In this document: positions 37,698 to 51,560 of the stretch, in pieces
Layout of the letters: each line of letters begins with the position of its first letter
Numbering within the stretch: position 1 is the stretch's first letter
Assembly (NCBI GenBank): GCA_951406725.2
Contig: OX597824.1
Span: forward strand, 47,492,001-47,556,000
Direction of reading: 5' to 3'
Source of the DNA: Octopus vulgaris
Taxonomy: Eukaryota
DNA: 64,000 nucleotides
Made by a program: the position numbers and the translations under genes
Notes under the pieces: model-generated
The model's input: only the letters and a program-made list of their open reading frames with translations
Told to the model about the DNA's origin: nothing
Databases searched by the model: none

Positions 37698-38466
37698 GGG
37701 GTTAAGGTATACTAATATTGAAGAAAAATAAAGATCAAAACAAAATACAAGAGCTACAATTTACAAACTCAAACATTTCAGATTGTTAATAATACAGAGA
37801 AATAGCAAATGATAAAATACACATACACACTACTTAAATAGTACATATATAATTAAGAATTTTATTTAGTCTTTTAAGTTTATTTTTATTTACTCCATAG
37901 ATATGTAATTTTCAAAATAAAGGACCAAAAAAAATATGTACAGTTACCATTCATTGGTCAGTAATATAGATTTTTTTTTAAGCCAGACATTTTCAATATT
38001 GGAAAATGGACCCTCAGATATAGAACAACGTGAGATTCTTATGCAGGGCAGATTACACCACTGATATAAAACCTACACATCAAAAATTGTCATAGCCAAT
38101 CGTTTCATCAGTTTTCTCTGCTGCAGCAACTACTTTTAAATGCCAGAATACAGCTGTTAGACATAATTGTTAATTATCTGCTAACAATTACCATATACAA
38201 TCTATTTGAAGTGTAATGTTAAAGGTTGGTTTTCAAATATTCTACCACATTATTACAATATTTAAGGTGGAAACAGGTGATATATATATAGCATGTTCTA
38301 TAAATTCCATGGCCAGTAAGGCAAAAGGCTTGTATGTTACTGCAGCCACATAAACTAGGTACTTGACCCATCAACTGGTTCCATTCCAAATCAACAGCTG
38401 AGTGGTTAGTATTCACAATAGCCAAATATCACTTCACATTTTTTGGCAAAGAAAATGGCTATATAA

Positions 38467-38497
<31 letters not shown>

Positions 38498-40183
38498 TAT
38501 ATATATCAATTTATACTCTTTTACATCAATATTTTTATATTCACAAAGGTAGGGTGGTAAAATATAAATAGAAACAGAACCTTTATTTTATCAGTCAAGC
38601 AGACTGGATCAACATAATTGTTATTGTAAGATGTGATCATACAATCAGGAATCAAACAGCCATTGTACCTTACATATGTGTGTGCATGTATATAACAAGT
38701 GAGGATAAATATTCAACTGTAACCCCATCTAAAATTTCTATAACAAGTGAGTTTTGAAAGGATCCCATCCTTTAACTATCACAGATTTTGGATTGTTGAT
38801 TTGTTTCTTAGTTAATATTTCAAAGAGGCTGTAATCTGTTTTTGCATGATTTATGAAATTTCTGTACAATCTGCCGACAGTAATTCTGGTTTGGATTGTA
38901 TACATTCCACTTCATAAAATGAATTAAATTAAAATATTTTCCATTTGTGTGCATGTGTGTGCGTGTATCTGTATCTGTTACTTCAAAAGTAGAATGTATA
39001 TACCCATCATTACACAACTCAGTGCAACAGGTATATGAAGCCGTATGCCAATCACTGATGCTGGAAAAAAAAAAAAAAAATAGATGTTAGAGACGTGTTG
39101 TAATTAAATGGCAATCTGTGTTATGTTTATATTTAGTGTTTGAGAACCAAATTTTTATGTTAGTAGATGGGGATAACATTTTACAAATTTGGACAGTTGC
39201 GTGTTGTGTTTTTACATGTCAATAACCTTTCGGCCTCTAATTATTTGTGAAATCAAAGACCAGCAAAGTTATGTACCTTGTCTAGGGGTACAAATCACTA
39301 CAGTAACAATATCGTTTGAAACTTCAATCATAAGATTTACACAATAAGATATTAAAATAGCTTGCTCATGGGCAATTCAAATAAGCTGCAAGTATTTTGT
39401 TTTATTTCTTGGAAGAACACATTCCACCAAACTGCAAAGTAATGTTCAGCCTCAGACTAGAATTTGATTGTCTTGGTTCTCTTATCATTGGATACAAATA
39501 TTGATATGGCTTTTATGGCTGGTGTGCATCATGTACAGGAGGATGCCTGTACATGCTGAGTTTAACAATTCACACAGATTTTCCTTGGTCACAAGTGACT
39601 CTAATAATGATCAACCTTTCATGCTTACAGCTATATATTTTCCTTTGCATAATATATTACACTTAAAATATAGTTGTTGAGTGTTTAAGATTCTGTACTA
39701 TACAGTCTCTGGTACTGGCTGATCTACAAGAAACCTCAAAATATTTATTAGAGTTCACCTAACATAAAAGTGATATCCATTTCTACTTGTTTCAACAATT
39801 CATATAAGTATCTGAATTTGTAGAACAGTACAATGTATCTTTTCATGGAAAAATTAGTAAAAGAGTGTCATTCAGAAGTGAGTAAGTATTCACTATTTAA
39901 ATCAGAATAACAAAAACATGATTCAAATCAAAATGCCAAGTATAAAAGTTTAGGTTATGTTATATGCTAAATTTTTGAAGTAAAATTATATCAAATGAAT
40001 GGGTAGTTCTTCAGTAAATTAAAGATACAGTAACTGTACTGCTTATTGTATAAAAACATTATTCTGCTTGTTTCATCCAGCTTAGATCAGAAGTCCTCAA
40101 TCCTGAAGATCATAACCCTACTTTATTGCATTTGTATGTGTTAGTGTCTCGTAAGAGGTGTTACTTTATTCATCTTTTATTAA

Positions 40184-40372
40184 CCCTTTCGTCACTGTAT
40201 TTATTTTGAGATGCTCTGTGTTTCTTTCAATTACTTTAAATATAACAAAGAATTTAGTAAAATAACTTAGTTATCATTCAGCTAGTGTTAGGAACATAAA
40301 TTGTGACTAAAATTAATTCAAAACTTATGAAGACAAGACATTTGTACGCAGAGTCAGAGCCGGTTTCAGCCA
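40184..40372. mobile_element. Second copy of the same piggyBac-type MITE, right TIR missing
   Basis: Highly similar to 24500-24702 and preceded by TTAA. Confidence 0.8.
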
Positions 40373-42761
40373 GCAAAAGATACTCTAGTTTAAGATTCAA
40401 GTGTGTTTATTGATTAAAATAAAATAAAAATAATGTTTTAATTTTATTTGATAATTGATTGGAAATAAAGTATTTTGATGTGAGACCACCATAGCTTTTG
40501 AGAAACTGAAAGATGTTGCTTTAAAGAAAATATTAGGAGACAGTAGTTCAGATAAAAAAAAGTAACAATTGCCTTGTGAGAGTTGTTGACTGGTTAACAG
40601 TAAGGAGATCCAGGTTTACAAAGTACATTTGTTTTAATAATTCATGTTTAAATTTTCAAAAGAGGGGAGGAGTGAATCTTCATTTCTTATACTACAAAGG
40701 ATAAAATATGAGTAAACTTGTTTGTTTTAGGCACCTAATAGTAACTTAGTAAAACTAGCAAACAGAAGCATCACTCCATATTTACGTCACCTTGTACTAA
40801 GTGTACCACTGCAAAATGAGCCTCAGCTGAGTTGATAAGATGCCAGTATATTAGCTCAAGAGTTGGCAGTTCATCTCCTGTACCACACAAAGATGATTTA
40901 AGGATGCTATTCACCTATTTTTAAATATTTACCGTAAGATAGGTAGTTACTTCACACTTCTATATACAATAGAATGTAGTATTTCTAATGTAGGTATCTC
41001 TTCATTAAAATGGCCAACCTATGTCTAAGCAGCCACACTGTAGTATCTATGCAAGTTATTATGAAAGTCAATTTGCAAAATATCTGGTGACACTGAAATT
41101 CTGTATGAAATAGTTTAGAAATCAGGTCTTAGTTTCTTAATATATTTTACTGAGTACAACATTCAAATACAATGTACCTAGTTTTGCTGATCTAGCCCCA
41201 AAATGTTAAAGAAATAAATAGGCTTTGCTTTAAGTCACAGCTCATCAATAGATATTTTCACGATGACCTCTGTTTTGCTGGGTGTTCATCTCAGGTTTCA
41301 TTAATTTAATTAATTATACCAGTGTGCCATTGACACTAATTTCATCTAGTCTAAAGTAATTGGTTATGTCAAACCTGGTAAAACTCAGAATCATAAAGAT
41401 ACATATGCTTTAATGCTGAGAGATCATGTATTTTTTCAGTGAAGTCATTAACTAATAGGACAATCATGATTAGAAGCATATGCTTGGAACAAATATAACA
41501 TTTTCACCAACCTTTATAGAAGATTCCAAAAACACCCTTCTTCTCTGAGAGAAACCAATTCTTTAGACGAGGGACTCGGCTCATATAAGCACAAGTACAA
41601 ATGACCAAAAGTCCAAACACCAGCAGACCATCAAATGAGTAAACTGAAAAACAATGAAAAAAAAAAAAAATCATTCTATAATTCCATTTCATGCAAAACT
41701 CGTGGATTGCATTAATGATTCATTTAATAATAATAAAACTAATAAGTATTTCTACTCTAGGCACAAAGCTTGAAATTTGTGGGGAAAGTGGGTTGTTGAT
41801 TACATTAACCCCAGTGTTCAACTGGAATTTATTTTATTGACCTCAGTGGAATGTAATGAATGAAATGCCACTAAACATTTTGCCCAGCATGCTAATGATT
41901 CTGCCATTCCTCCACCTTAATAATAATAATAATAATAATAACAATAATAATAATGATGATGATGATGACTTCAAATTTTGGCACAAGGTCAGCAATTTTG
42001 GGGTAGGAGTAAGTTGATTACATCAACCCCAGTGCTCAACTGGTACTTATTTTATCGACTCCAAAAGAATGAACGGTAAAGTCAACCACAGCAGAATTTG
42101 AAATCAGAATGTAAGGACAGATGAAATGCTAAGCATTTTACGCAGGTCCATCCTGAAAAAATAAAGTACCAGTCAAGTAGTAGGGTTGATATAATCAACT
42201 GTTCTCCTCTCCCAAATTTCAGGCATTTTGCCTATTTTTAGAAATGGTCTTACAAAATCTTTAGAGTATCATCCAAAATGCATTGAAGTATTTCTTCTGG
42301 CTCTTAATATTCTGCATTGAAATTGCACCAAAAGCAACTTTGTCTTTCATCCTTCCAGAATTGAGTACTAGAGTTGATGTAATTGACTAACCTCATCCCC
42401 TAAAAACTGTCAGCTTGTGTTGAAATTAGAAATCATTACTTTTAGGTTGGCAGTTTGACAGAATCATTAGTGTCCAGGCAGTATTTATTCCAACTTTTTT
42501 TAGGTTCTGATTTCAAAACTCGCCTTTCATCCAGGTGAAATAAAATACATCTCATTTGAGCATTGGGGTCAATAGCCTCCTTCCCCCGAATTCCAGTCCT
42601 TGTGCTTTAGTAGAAAGGATTATTATTATTATTGCAATAACTTTGCTGAGGTAATCATAAATGATAATAATTGTTTTAAATCATATTTGATATAATAAGC
42701 ACCATGGCTGTGTGGTTGAGAACTTCACTTTTCAACCAAGTGGTTCCAAATTCAATCTCAC

Positions 42762-43450
42762 TGCGCAAAAAATTCAAAATTCAATTTTTCCCTCGCAACT
42801 TTCAGGAAAATGGATATATATTTAAAAAATAAAAAACCCAACACCCTCCCCTCCCCTCCCAATTCTACGGCCTTGGCCTTCAAGCAGGCTAGAAATAACA
42901 GCCAAATCTCAAATGGGCAAGACCGTTTTCAGTCCCATAAAAACACGTTTTGTACTGGTCAAATGATTCTCTTTAATTTCAATTTGTCACATTATTTCTT
43001 TGCTATTTTTACTTTTCTTTTTTCAAAAGAGCTTGCTGTTATTTCTGCACTCATATTTTTTGTAACTTTCAAGAAAAAAAAAAGAAAAAAGAGCACTGTA
43101 AATTCACATGAATTACTTTGTCATATTACTGAGGGAAATTACTCTGAAAGAAATCTTTGCAGAAAAGAGAGTAGATTGATTACATATTTCTTTCATTATA
43201 TTATCGCAGTTTTGTGAGATTTGGCCGTTATTTCTAGCATGTAGAATTGGGAGGGGTATTTAAAAATTTTTTTGAAAAATTGAAATTTTACAAACAATAT
43301 TTTTTCAGAATCAGATTGTCTATAGCCGAAAACGTGGGATTCCGTAAAAAAATCCATATATATCCATTTTCCTGAAAGTTATAAGAGAAAAATCGGATCT
43401 TGTAAATTTTTCGAAAGTCCTCTCCCCGTCCCAAGGTTCGTTTGCGCAAA
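42762..43450. mobile_element. Foldback/MITE-like element with nested inverted repeats
   Basis: AACTTTCAGGAAAATGGATATATA (~42797) vs TATATATCCATTTTCCTGAAAGTT (~43357-43380). GCTAGAAATAACAGCCAAATCTCA (~42888) vs TGAGATTTGGCCGTTATTTCTAGC (~43216). TGCGCAAA at both ends. Confidence 0.6.
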
Positions 43451-44519
43451 TTTTTTTTCATATTCGTTTTCTACACAGTTGTTAACACCCAGCATGCTGG
43501 TTTTGTTTTTGTTCTCGTTAATGAGTGAGGATCTTTAAATTGACCCCAAAATCTAACTTCACGAATTAATCCAACACATAAAAAATGTCTAAAACAAAGG
43601 GAGAATTCTTCGAAAACTGATTCAATTTATTTATAATATAAAATTTAGCCTTAAATTATATAATAACTTTGCTATTGTTGTTCAGACTCAAGTCAGCCAT
43701 ACTCGAGAACACCTAGGATCAAAGATATTCCAACCTTTACTGTCTTGTGCTTTATTTTAACATAGTGCATCTAGGAGTACATTTTCCAATGTGCGTTTCT
43801 TATTTTTAACATGCAGGGTATGATTTGAGGATGAGGCACTTATTTGAAGATCAAGCGCGTATGTATAGGGGTGTAGAACCTGTAGCAGAGCTAACCTCTT
43901 GCCCGCAAGTGAAATTTTGCCTACATTCAAATCTGTAGCCGCCCACTGAGGAAATTTATGATACACATTAGTGCTTTGTTTAACGTTTAATTTACAAAAC
44001 TCAAGCAATAAATTCACAGGAGTTGCATATTTATAAACTTGTATAATTTAAACACTCGTCATTTTTCTTAACAGAGACACGCACCAAAAAGTTTTTATGC
44101 ACTTGTAATTCACCTAGATATTAAAAATTCTGAAAGAGCTATTGTTGGTTCGATAAATTCATTAGCTATGGCCAAAGGTATGTAACTCTAAATATTGACA
44201 ATCTACCGATACTCTACCAATATGAACACTGACTGACATACATACACACACACATATATAAACATCTATAGATGTTGACAACTTCCATTAAACAAACTGA
44301 CAAGCATTTATGATTACACTTACACCAGTTCCTACACTTTCAACGTTTAAGCATTATTACATACACTGATATGTTTACATAGGCGCCCATAAACCCACAC
44401 TAAAAAGATAATATCAAAATATTTATAATATCTGATTCCAAATGTCATTTCAGTGGACTGTATTATGAAGACAATAAGAACAAGGAAATTAGCTTAAAAC
44501 ACACACACACACAAAAGGA

Positions 44520-44840
44520 AAACTTCAGGTTCTAAAAACGTTACAATCGTCCTACTAATGCAGACCTATAACCAGAAATTATCGACTGCGATGAACTGTT
44601 AAATGACAGGAAGTTGTTTGGATAACAAAAAAGAAAAAGGTGAATATACTTCTTACTAAACATACCGTTTGTCATAATGGAAAAGAAGTATTTTCTCGAC
44701 TTGAAAGAAATATCAAAACACTGACAGCGTGTCAATATCAGGTGAAATGCCAAGTGCGCATGACAAGTTTTCTAGAATTACCTCCCTTGATTCAACGAGT
44801 TGCTTAGTGATTTATAAAAATATTCAGATGTTACACGCCA
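44520..44840 (-). promoter_or_regulatory. Candidate promoter/first exon on the minus strand
   Basis: Apparently non-repetitive, locally CpG-rich segment. A strong donor-like site on the minus strand (ACAAACG|GTATGT) lies near 44660-44672. Confidence 0.3.
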
Positions 44841-44929
44841 AAGGTTGAAACAGAAATATATAAGATACAAGGGCTATTGCAGTATTTTGAACTGGACTTG
44901 ATTTTGAATTTAAATCCCACCAAAGTCGA

Positions 44930-46115
44930 CTATGGTGAAACTCTTTGCGTTGGGTGTAAGGGACGAACTCCATAACTGGTTGAAGTCCTTTATTTTCGGC
45001 CAAAAAGAGGTTGTCACAGTTCTAGGACAGCACTATTCACCCAATGAGATGACATCTGGTGTACTACAGGGATCTGTTTTTGGTTGCCTTTTATTTGTTG
45101 CATATGTTAATGACATAGATGCCGACTTAAAGAATGTCACAGTGCTGAAATATGCAGATGACATCAAGCTGTACCTCGAAATAAAGAGGTCAGATCCTGT
45201 ACACTATAGATCTCTATTGGAAGCAGACCTGGACACAATGCAGCAGTGGATCATGGACTGACAACTCAAGCTGGCTGTGGACAAATGTACCACCATGCAT
45301 TTTGGGAGGAGAAACCCAGCGTCCACTTACTCCCTCCACAACACTAATCTCAAAAAGACTTCGTGTGATCGTGACCTGGGTGTTATTGTCGACAGCGATT
45401 TGTGTTGGACAAAACACATCGCTAAAATTGCCAAGATGGCTGAGGGTGTCTTGGCATCACTCACCAAGTCCTTTGTGAGCTGCTCTCCGGCTATCTATCT
45501 GCGGCTTTATATAGCTATGGTAAGACCTCACCTGGAATTTGCATCACCGGTCTGGAACCCCTATCTTGCCTAGGATATTAATATCTGGAAGCCGTTCAGC
45601 GATGTGCAACCAAAAGAATACCCTCCATCAGGCATTTGCCATATTCTGAACGCCTTACTTCCCTGGGCATGGACACATTGAGACTCCGACGTCTGGCAGC
45701 TGACTTGGCAGACACCCATAAAATTATTAACCATCTTACAAACAATAACTCTGAGCACCTTTTCAAATTCCACCCGTCTAACACCCGTGGACATATTTAC
45801 AAAGTCAGAAAACTGCACAGCTCCCATGACTTTAGGAAACATTTTTTCACGCTGAGAGTTGCTGAAGCATGGAACAAACTGCCGGCATCAGTTGTTAGTT
45901 GTCGGAGCACTGCATCCTTCAAAACTTCCATGCTTTCTGAGATTCGCCAACACTACACCTGATTTTCTCCCCTCCATACACACACAAGCATGTATCTGAC
46001 TCATACATTGTTCGCTTTCCAGACATTTGTACATTACTGCATATACTTTATACGCACTTTCTGACAAGTTGTGGTGCACTTGAGCATTGTATAAATAATC
46101 TCATTATTATTATTA
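44930..46115 (+). mobile_element. 5'-truncated CR1-clade LINE
   Basis: ORFs 44932..45261 (GVLQGSVFG, YADDIKL), 45277..45573 (RDLGV, RPHLEFASPVWNP) and 45636..45962 (FFTLRVAEAWNKLP). Ends in (ATT)n. Confidence 0.9.
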
Positions 46116-46490
46116 TTTATTTTTTGTCTACTCAAAATAATAAAAACTAGTTTTAACCCCAGGTCAATTCCGAACCAGCAGACTTAACTCTTTTCAATTT
46201 TGAAGGGAGAGGAAGTCAATTACATCTATTCCAGGGCTCAAAATTTTATCGACTTCGAAAATATGGAAGGTGAAATTGACCTTGGTGGGACTTGAACTTA
46301 GCTCATCAAAAGCTGGAAGAAATAGCGCAATGTATTTTCTTCCAACGCTCTAACAATTTTGTCAGCTCTCCCCCTCAACACGAACATTTTTGAAGGAAGA
46401 GAATTAGTATATAACATCAACTCCAGTATTTGACTGGTATTTTATCGACCCTTAAAGGGTAAAATTTCAAAGTTGAATTGTACCATATCT

Positions 46491-49400
46491 TGTTGGTTGC
46501 GATCAGTTACCATCTTTGCTCTTTCTTGTGCCTGCTCCGATTATTCTGTTTTCGCACTGCCACACTCAGCAGGGAGCCCTTGTAGTGGCACAAGCAGTCA
46601 GTACTATATTGGATAAGATCTTACAGCAGCCATTGCCATCTCTGAGACTGGAGCTAGACCTCACTTGCATCCATTTGCCATGCACGAGATCACAACGAGG
46701 CTTGCAATGGCAAATTGTATATAAGGGCAAAAACAAACAGATTCAGTCTTTTCCTTTCTGCCTCTTAGCAGCAGCATTTGCTGATTGCACTCCATTGGCT
46801 AGGCCAGTCTGTATGTTGTATCTCCAGAGGCAATGTGCCCACACTAATGGAGCTACTATACAATGCACGCAGCTAAAGATGGTGGCTGAGAGCAGAACAC
46901 TTCACCAATCCTGAGAACCTGTAAATAAACCAGTTGTAAATTGCATTTGTACTTGAAGTCTTCTCTCTTCGCCTGCCGGAGCCTGAACTACATGAAGAAC
47001 AAAAAAGAGATAATGGAAGAAGGCAATATTCTCCTTATATCGTAAACTTTGCCATCCATTATAAACTTCTTCGTGAAGACATTGAGGTGAGTGGATGGGT
47101 GGAGGGAATTTCAGAGGAAGAATAGTTACTGGATAGGGGTCAGGATGGTGTGTTTGAAGAGATATCTACCAAATTCCTTGTGAACTGAAGCTGTGTACTC
47201 TGTTCTGAATTCGCCTTGAGCATTCTTATTTTTGTTCCTTCTATAAGCTATTTCAGCTCGCAGTTTATCTGTTGTAGGGATATATTTCCTTTTACTTTCT
47301 TGCCTTTCTACTGCCAACACTAATGATGGTGACAAGGTTAAGTAATAGTAATGATGCTTTGAGACCATTTGTTGGCAAAGGTGATGTGGTGGCCTGGATT
47401 AAAAAGGTGAAACTCCAGGCAAAGTTGCAGAGCATTCAAAACGTGGCTAGTCTTATGCCATATTATTTAGAGAGAAGCACCTGAATCTGTATCTAGAGAT
47501 GGATGAAGTGGATCAACTGAAAGTCAAAAAGATTGAAGAGCAACTGAAGGATGCATATACAGAAGGAGAATCTAAAGTCTACTGCAAACTTGGGATGGGT
47601 GACCAAGTTGATGACTAGGTGAGCAAGATAAGGAGATTAAGTGGGTTAGCTGGGTTTACCAGTGGGGCGATGGAGCAGATTGTGAAGCTGGCTTTTGTGA
47701 CAAGATTCTTCGATCATATCTCAGTGAGGTTGCAGCAGCTGCCAGACATCGACACAATGTCAGGATAAGATGTGAGTATTGATGCAGAATAACATGTGAT
47801 GTCACAGCTATGGTGATAGTGGACACTAGTTGGATAGAGAGGCAGGCAGCAAATAGTGAGAACATACGTTTAAGGGACCATACTTTAGGTGTTAGGATCT
47901 GCACATGGTCAGAGATAGAAAAGAACCAAACTCTGAAGCAATGTGTTACTGATGTTCCCAGCCCAAGCACATAGCTAGCTATTGCAAACCGGAAAATGCA
48001 GGAAGGAAAGTTACTTCACCAGCAGCTTCCCCATAAACTGATTAGAGGTGTACTTAAGTTCATTGCCTGTAACAACAGTGTTGGTCAGAGGCAAAGGCGT
48101 CTATGTATGCAATGCATGTACTGTATGTCTTACATTATTTCCAGGATAAATAATTTTTGTCTAATATAAAAATAATTATTGTTAATTCTTACTATCCTCA
48201 TTGTACTCAAGATATTCTTTTTTGTACTTCCCATCCCTCCATTTCTTAGTATAGATGGTAAATAATCGATATCATTTACAAAGTGTAAGTAGAGGAAGCT
48301 CCTGTTTGCTTAGCAAGAAAAGCAGTGAATTAGTTGCTTTCCTATTCTGTTCTTTTTGAGAAGGGAGCATGAAAAGGAGGCACGTAACAACCAAATGGGA
48401 GATTAAAGAAGGTAAAGTAGAATTGTTTTATGCTTGTATTTCAGTCATAGTAACAAAGAGGAGTGGTGTAAGTTTTTTTTTTTATAATCTATTATTCTTT
48501 TCAAGAAGGGAGTGTGAAAAGGGGACACAAAACAAGAGTGGGAGGTCAAAGAGAGCAAGGCAGAAAAAAGCAGAAATTTTACAGCTTGCCTTCAAGCTGT
48601 ATCAGCTGATATGCTGTCAAAATATTTTTTGAAGTGGTGTTTTTACTGCCCTGTGCAGCAGTAATCAAAGACTTGCTTATTCAAAGGATTTAAAGCTTTC
48701 TTTATTATTAAATAGATTTAGATGACAAATGAGTGTTAAGTCATGTGTGTTTTATTCTGGTTTATTTTGTACAATTATTTGATACTGAAGAGTATATACT
48801 GCTTTTTTTCAATATTTAACCCATGGAGAGCATTCTTGATTCCTTCTTAAGACAAGAATTCAGTCATGTGACCACTACATAGAATTTTCTTGACTACTTC
48901 ACACATGAAGTGAAAAGAAGCAACCAGTAAAGTTTATTTTTTGTGATTAAAAAGTAGTTTTCATCCATTTTTCCAGAGAGACTAGGATGTAAAAAGATCG
49001 TCTTGGTTATTAATTATCTTGAAGATGCAAGACTGCTGAAGCTTGTTGAAGCTTTATCATTAATTTGAGAGCCAAGTTGTGTTCTCTTCAAATGCCATGA
49101 AAGCTCTGGTTGGTTTTTAGTGCTAAACTATTTAACTGGAGAAAATAGCACAAATTTCAAGGACTCTTGAGATGATGTTCTAACTGGTAGTCTAATCTGC
49201 AAACTGATTGGTCAATAAATAGAGTGTCCACTGTAAATAATTCATGCTAGTGAACTGATAATTTAGTGAAAAGGGTTCAAATAACATGCCTCACCACAAT
49301 ATCAAGAACAGCAGGTTTGAAGAATTTTACTACTGGGTTCTGGATGGTGCAGCTGAACCACCAAAGAAGTGAGGTCAACGTCAAGAACCAGAAGCTGTTT

Positions 49401-51560
49401 TAAGAATTTTGTTTAACAGCATTTTGCATATAGTTGTTCATATTGAGTAAAGATTTAAAGCAATCATGTTTTAAAACTTCAGATTTGTAGAGCTGTTGAA
49501 TCCCAAGCATTTTCACACTTATAAAAAACATTTTCAATGGAAGTATTTTCATCTTTGGAAGTCTATAAAAACATATTGGATTTAGATGGATTGAATTGAG
49601 AGCTGAAATCAGTTTATACTGCAGATTTTGCAAAGCAAGTGTGATGCCTCCCATATTATGTTGCAGACGTAATATGGGAGCTTGAACTAAACCAAGCTCA
49701 TTAAAATGAATAAATAATTATATGAGGTATTCTTGAAGTGAAGAGAGATTGAGTAATTTGGTCTCTATTTCCATGAATAAAGATCTTTTAAAGGAGATGA
49801 AGGCAGAGTGTGGTGCTGATACATTTTATAGCTAAGTGATCAATGAATTTGCCAAAAAGTAATGAAGAATTGAACTGACTGATAAATGAATTTTAAATAG
49901 CTCATTATTTATAGCTTCTATCATTTTCTCAGATTTCTCTTGTAACTCATAATGGTCATCATGGCAGGCCTGTTGCCTGGTATTGCTAATGAGGAAACAT
50001 CAAGTCCAGTTGAGAGGAGTATCAAACCCGAAGCATGGCCTGTTGGTAGAAGTGCATCTCACATTAAAACTAGTTCATAGTAAATTTGCAGACAAGGTGA
50101 TTGGCCTGTATCATGGACTGCACACCTTGATTTACAAGTCACTCTTCATCACTGGTGTTGGTGGAGACAAGGGAAATGTCAGCTTGTCAATATGGCTTGT
50201 ACAACTCTAGTGACCATTAAAATGGTTGAGAGCTGAAGAGGAAAAACTAGCCCCAGTACGATAGAGGTTAGGTGCAGGGGCATCTATGAAACAGAGCTAA
50301 AGGTACAAGGGATGTTGATGACACTACAGGTAATTGTAGTCAAAGAGGTAGTGGATGGTTTTGGGAATGTATGTGATTGTCTGGTTGGATGGTGTTAATG
50401 AATGGCAAGACAGGTGAGGAATTTAGTGACTGTTATGCTGCATGCTGTAAATGTGGAGTAGAGAAAGAAAGCTGTAGGAGTGACAGTTTGCCTTTAGAGA
50501 GAGGGAATACTTTAGGCTATTTCAAAGATGAAGGCTTCCAGGCTGGGTTTGATGGTAAATGATGAACAGTGGAGTATTTTTGGAATGAAGAACCCACTCC
50601 AAAACTAAGAATCAGGACGATTTGCTACAAACACACTCTGAAAGGAGAGGCTTGGAACAAGTTCGACAGAAGGGTGGACAAATGGAAGGAAGTGGGCATT
50701 TTGATACTGTGGGAAGAGGAAGTAACAAGTAGTATGCTGCTGCTGATGACTGTAGTTCAGTCGATAAAGAACAAAGTTCAACTGGTGCTAAATTTTCATG
50801 AGCTGAATGAGTGTGTGTCTTGTCATATGGGTAGTGAAATGGCAGATATATGTGGGAAAATTTTTCAGGAGTGGAGGTGAACGACAGGGGCAACTATGAT
50901 TGTTGACCTCAAGTTGGCATATATCTGCAGTTTTGTGTATCTGAAGAATTGTGGAGGCACCAGCTAGTGAGGCACAAAGGTACCATGTACTGTCTGATTC
51001 AGCTGGGGTTCAGTTAAGTTCTGCACCAAAAACCATGGTGAAGGTTCTCAAGGCAATCTTGGGGAATGAGGCCAAGATGAAGCAGGCTGCTAGTTCCTAC
51101 ACTGATATCCTGGTAAATGAGAGTGTAGTATCTGCAGAGGAAATTATGGGGCATCTGAGAAGGTTCAGGCTGACTGCAAAACTGCCAGAGGCCACAGAAG
51201 GAAGCTTGGCACTGAAGCTCAAGCTTGAAAGGGATAAAGTAGGCAGGCTTGTGTTTCAGAAAGGAAGTCAGATCCCAGACTGGTGCAAGGATATGAATAG
51301 ACAAGAGCTATTGTTATAATGTGATGGTAGGACACTGCCCTGTTGCAGGATGGCTATGAGCGGCATGTAGCTACATCAAGAAGTAAGCAGAAGGAATGAA
51401 GTGGGGTGATAAAATGGGAGAGAAGACAGTCATAATAATGCAAGATGTTTTGAAGAGAGTGAGAGGGGAGAATCCAGTGAAAGGCAGCTGGTGTGTACCT
51501 CAAACAAAGAAAGGGGTGATATGGTGTGATAGAAGTAGCATAGCAACAGGAGTCTTCCTG
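46491..51560 (+). mobile_element. Decayed Ty3/Gypsy LTR retrotransposon (candidate LTR 46491-46992; gag ~47370-47800; pol ~50000-51560)
   Basis: TG...CA segment with AATAAA at 46924. Gag-like GDVVAWIKKVKL. RT remnants VQLVLNFHELN, IVDLKLAY, LSSAP and SSYTDILV. RNase H-like VIWCDRSSIATG. Confidence 0.7.
48100..49980 (+). mobile_element. Decayed hAT transposon nested in the Gypsy element; boundaries approximate
   Basis: Near 49690-49880 it translates LK.INNYMRYS.SEERLSNLVSISMNKDLLKEM...VINEFAKK, resembling the hAT C-terminal dimerization region. Confidence 0.5.
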
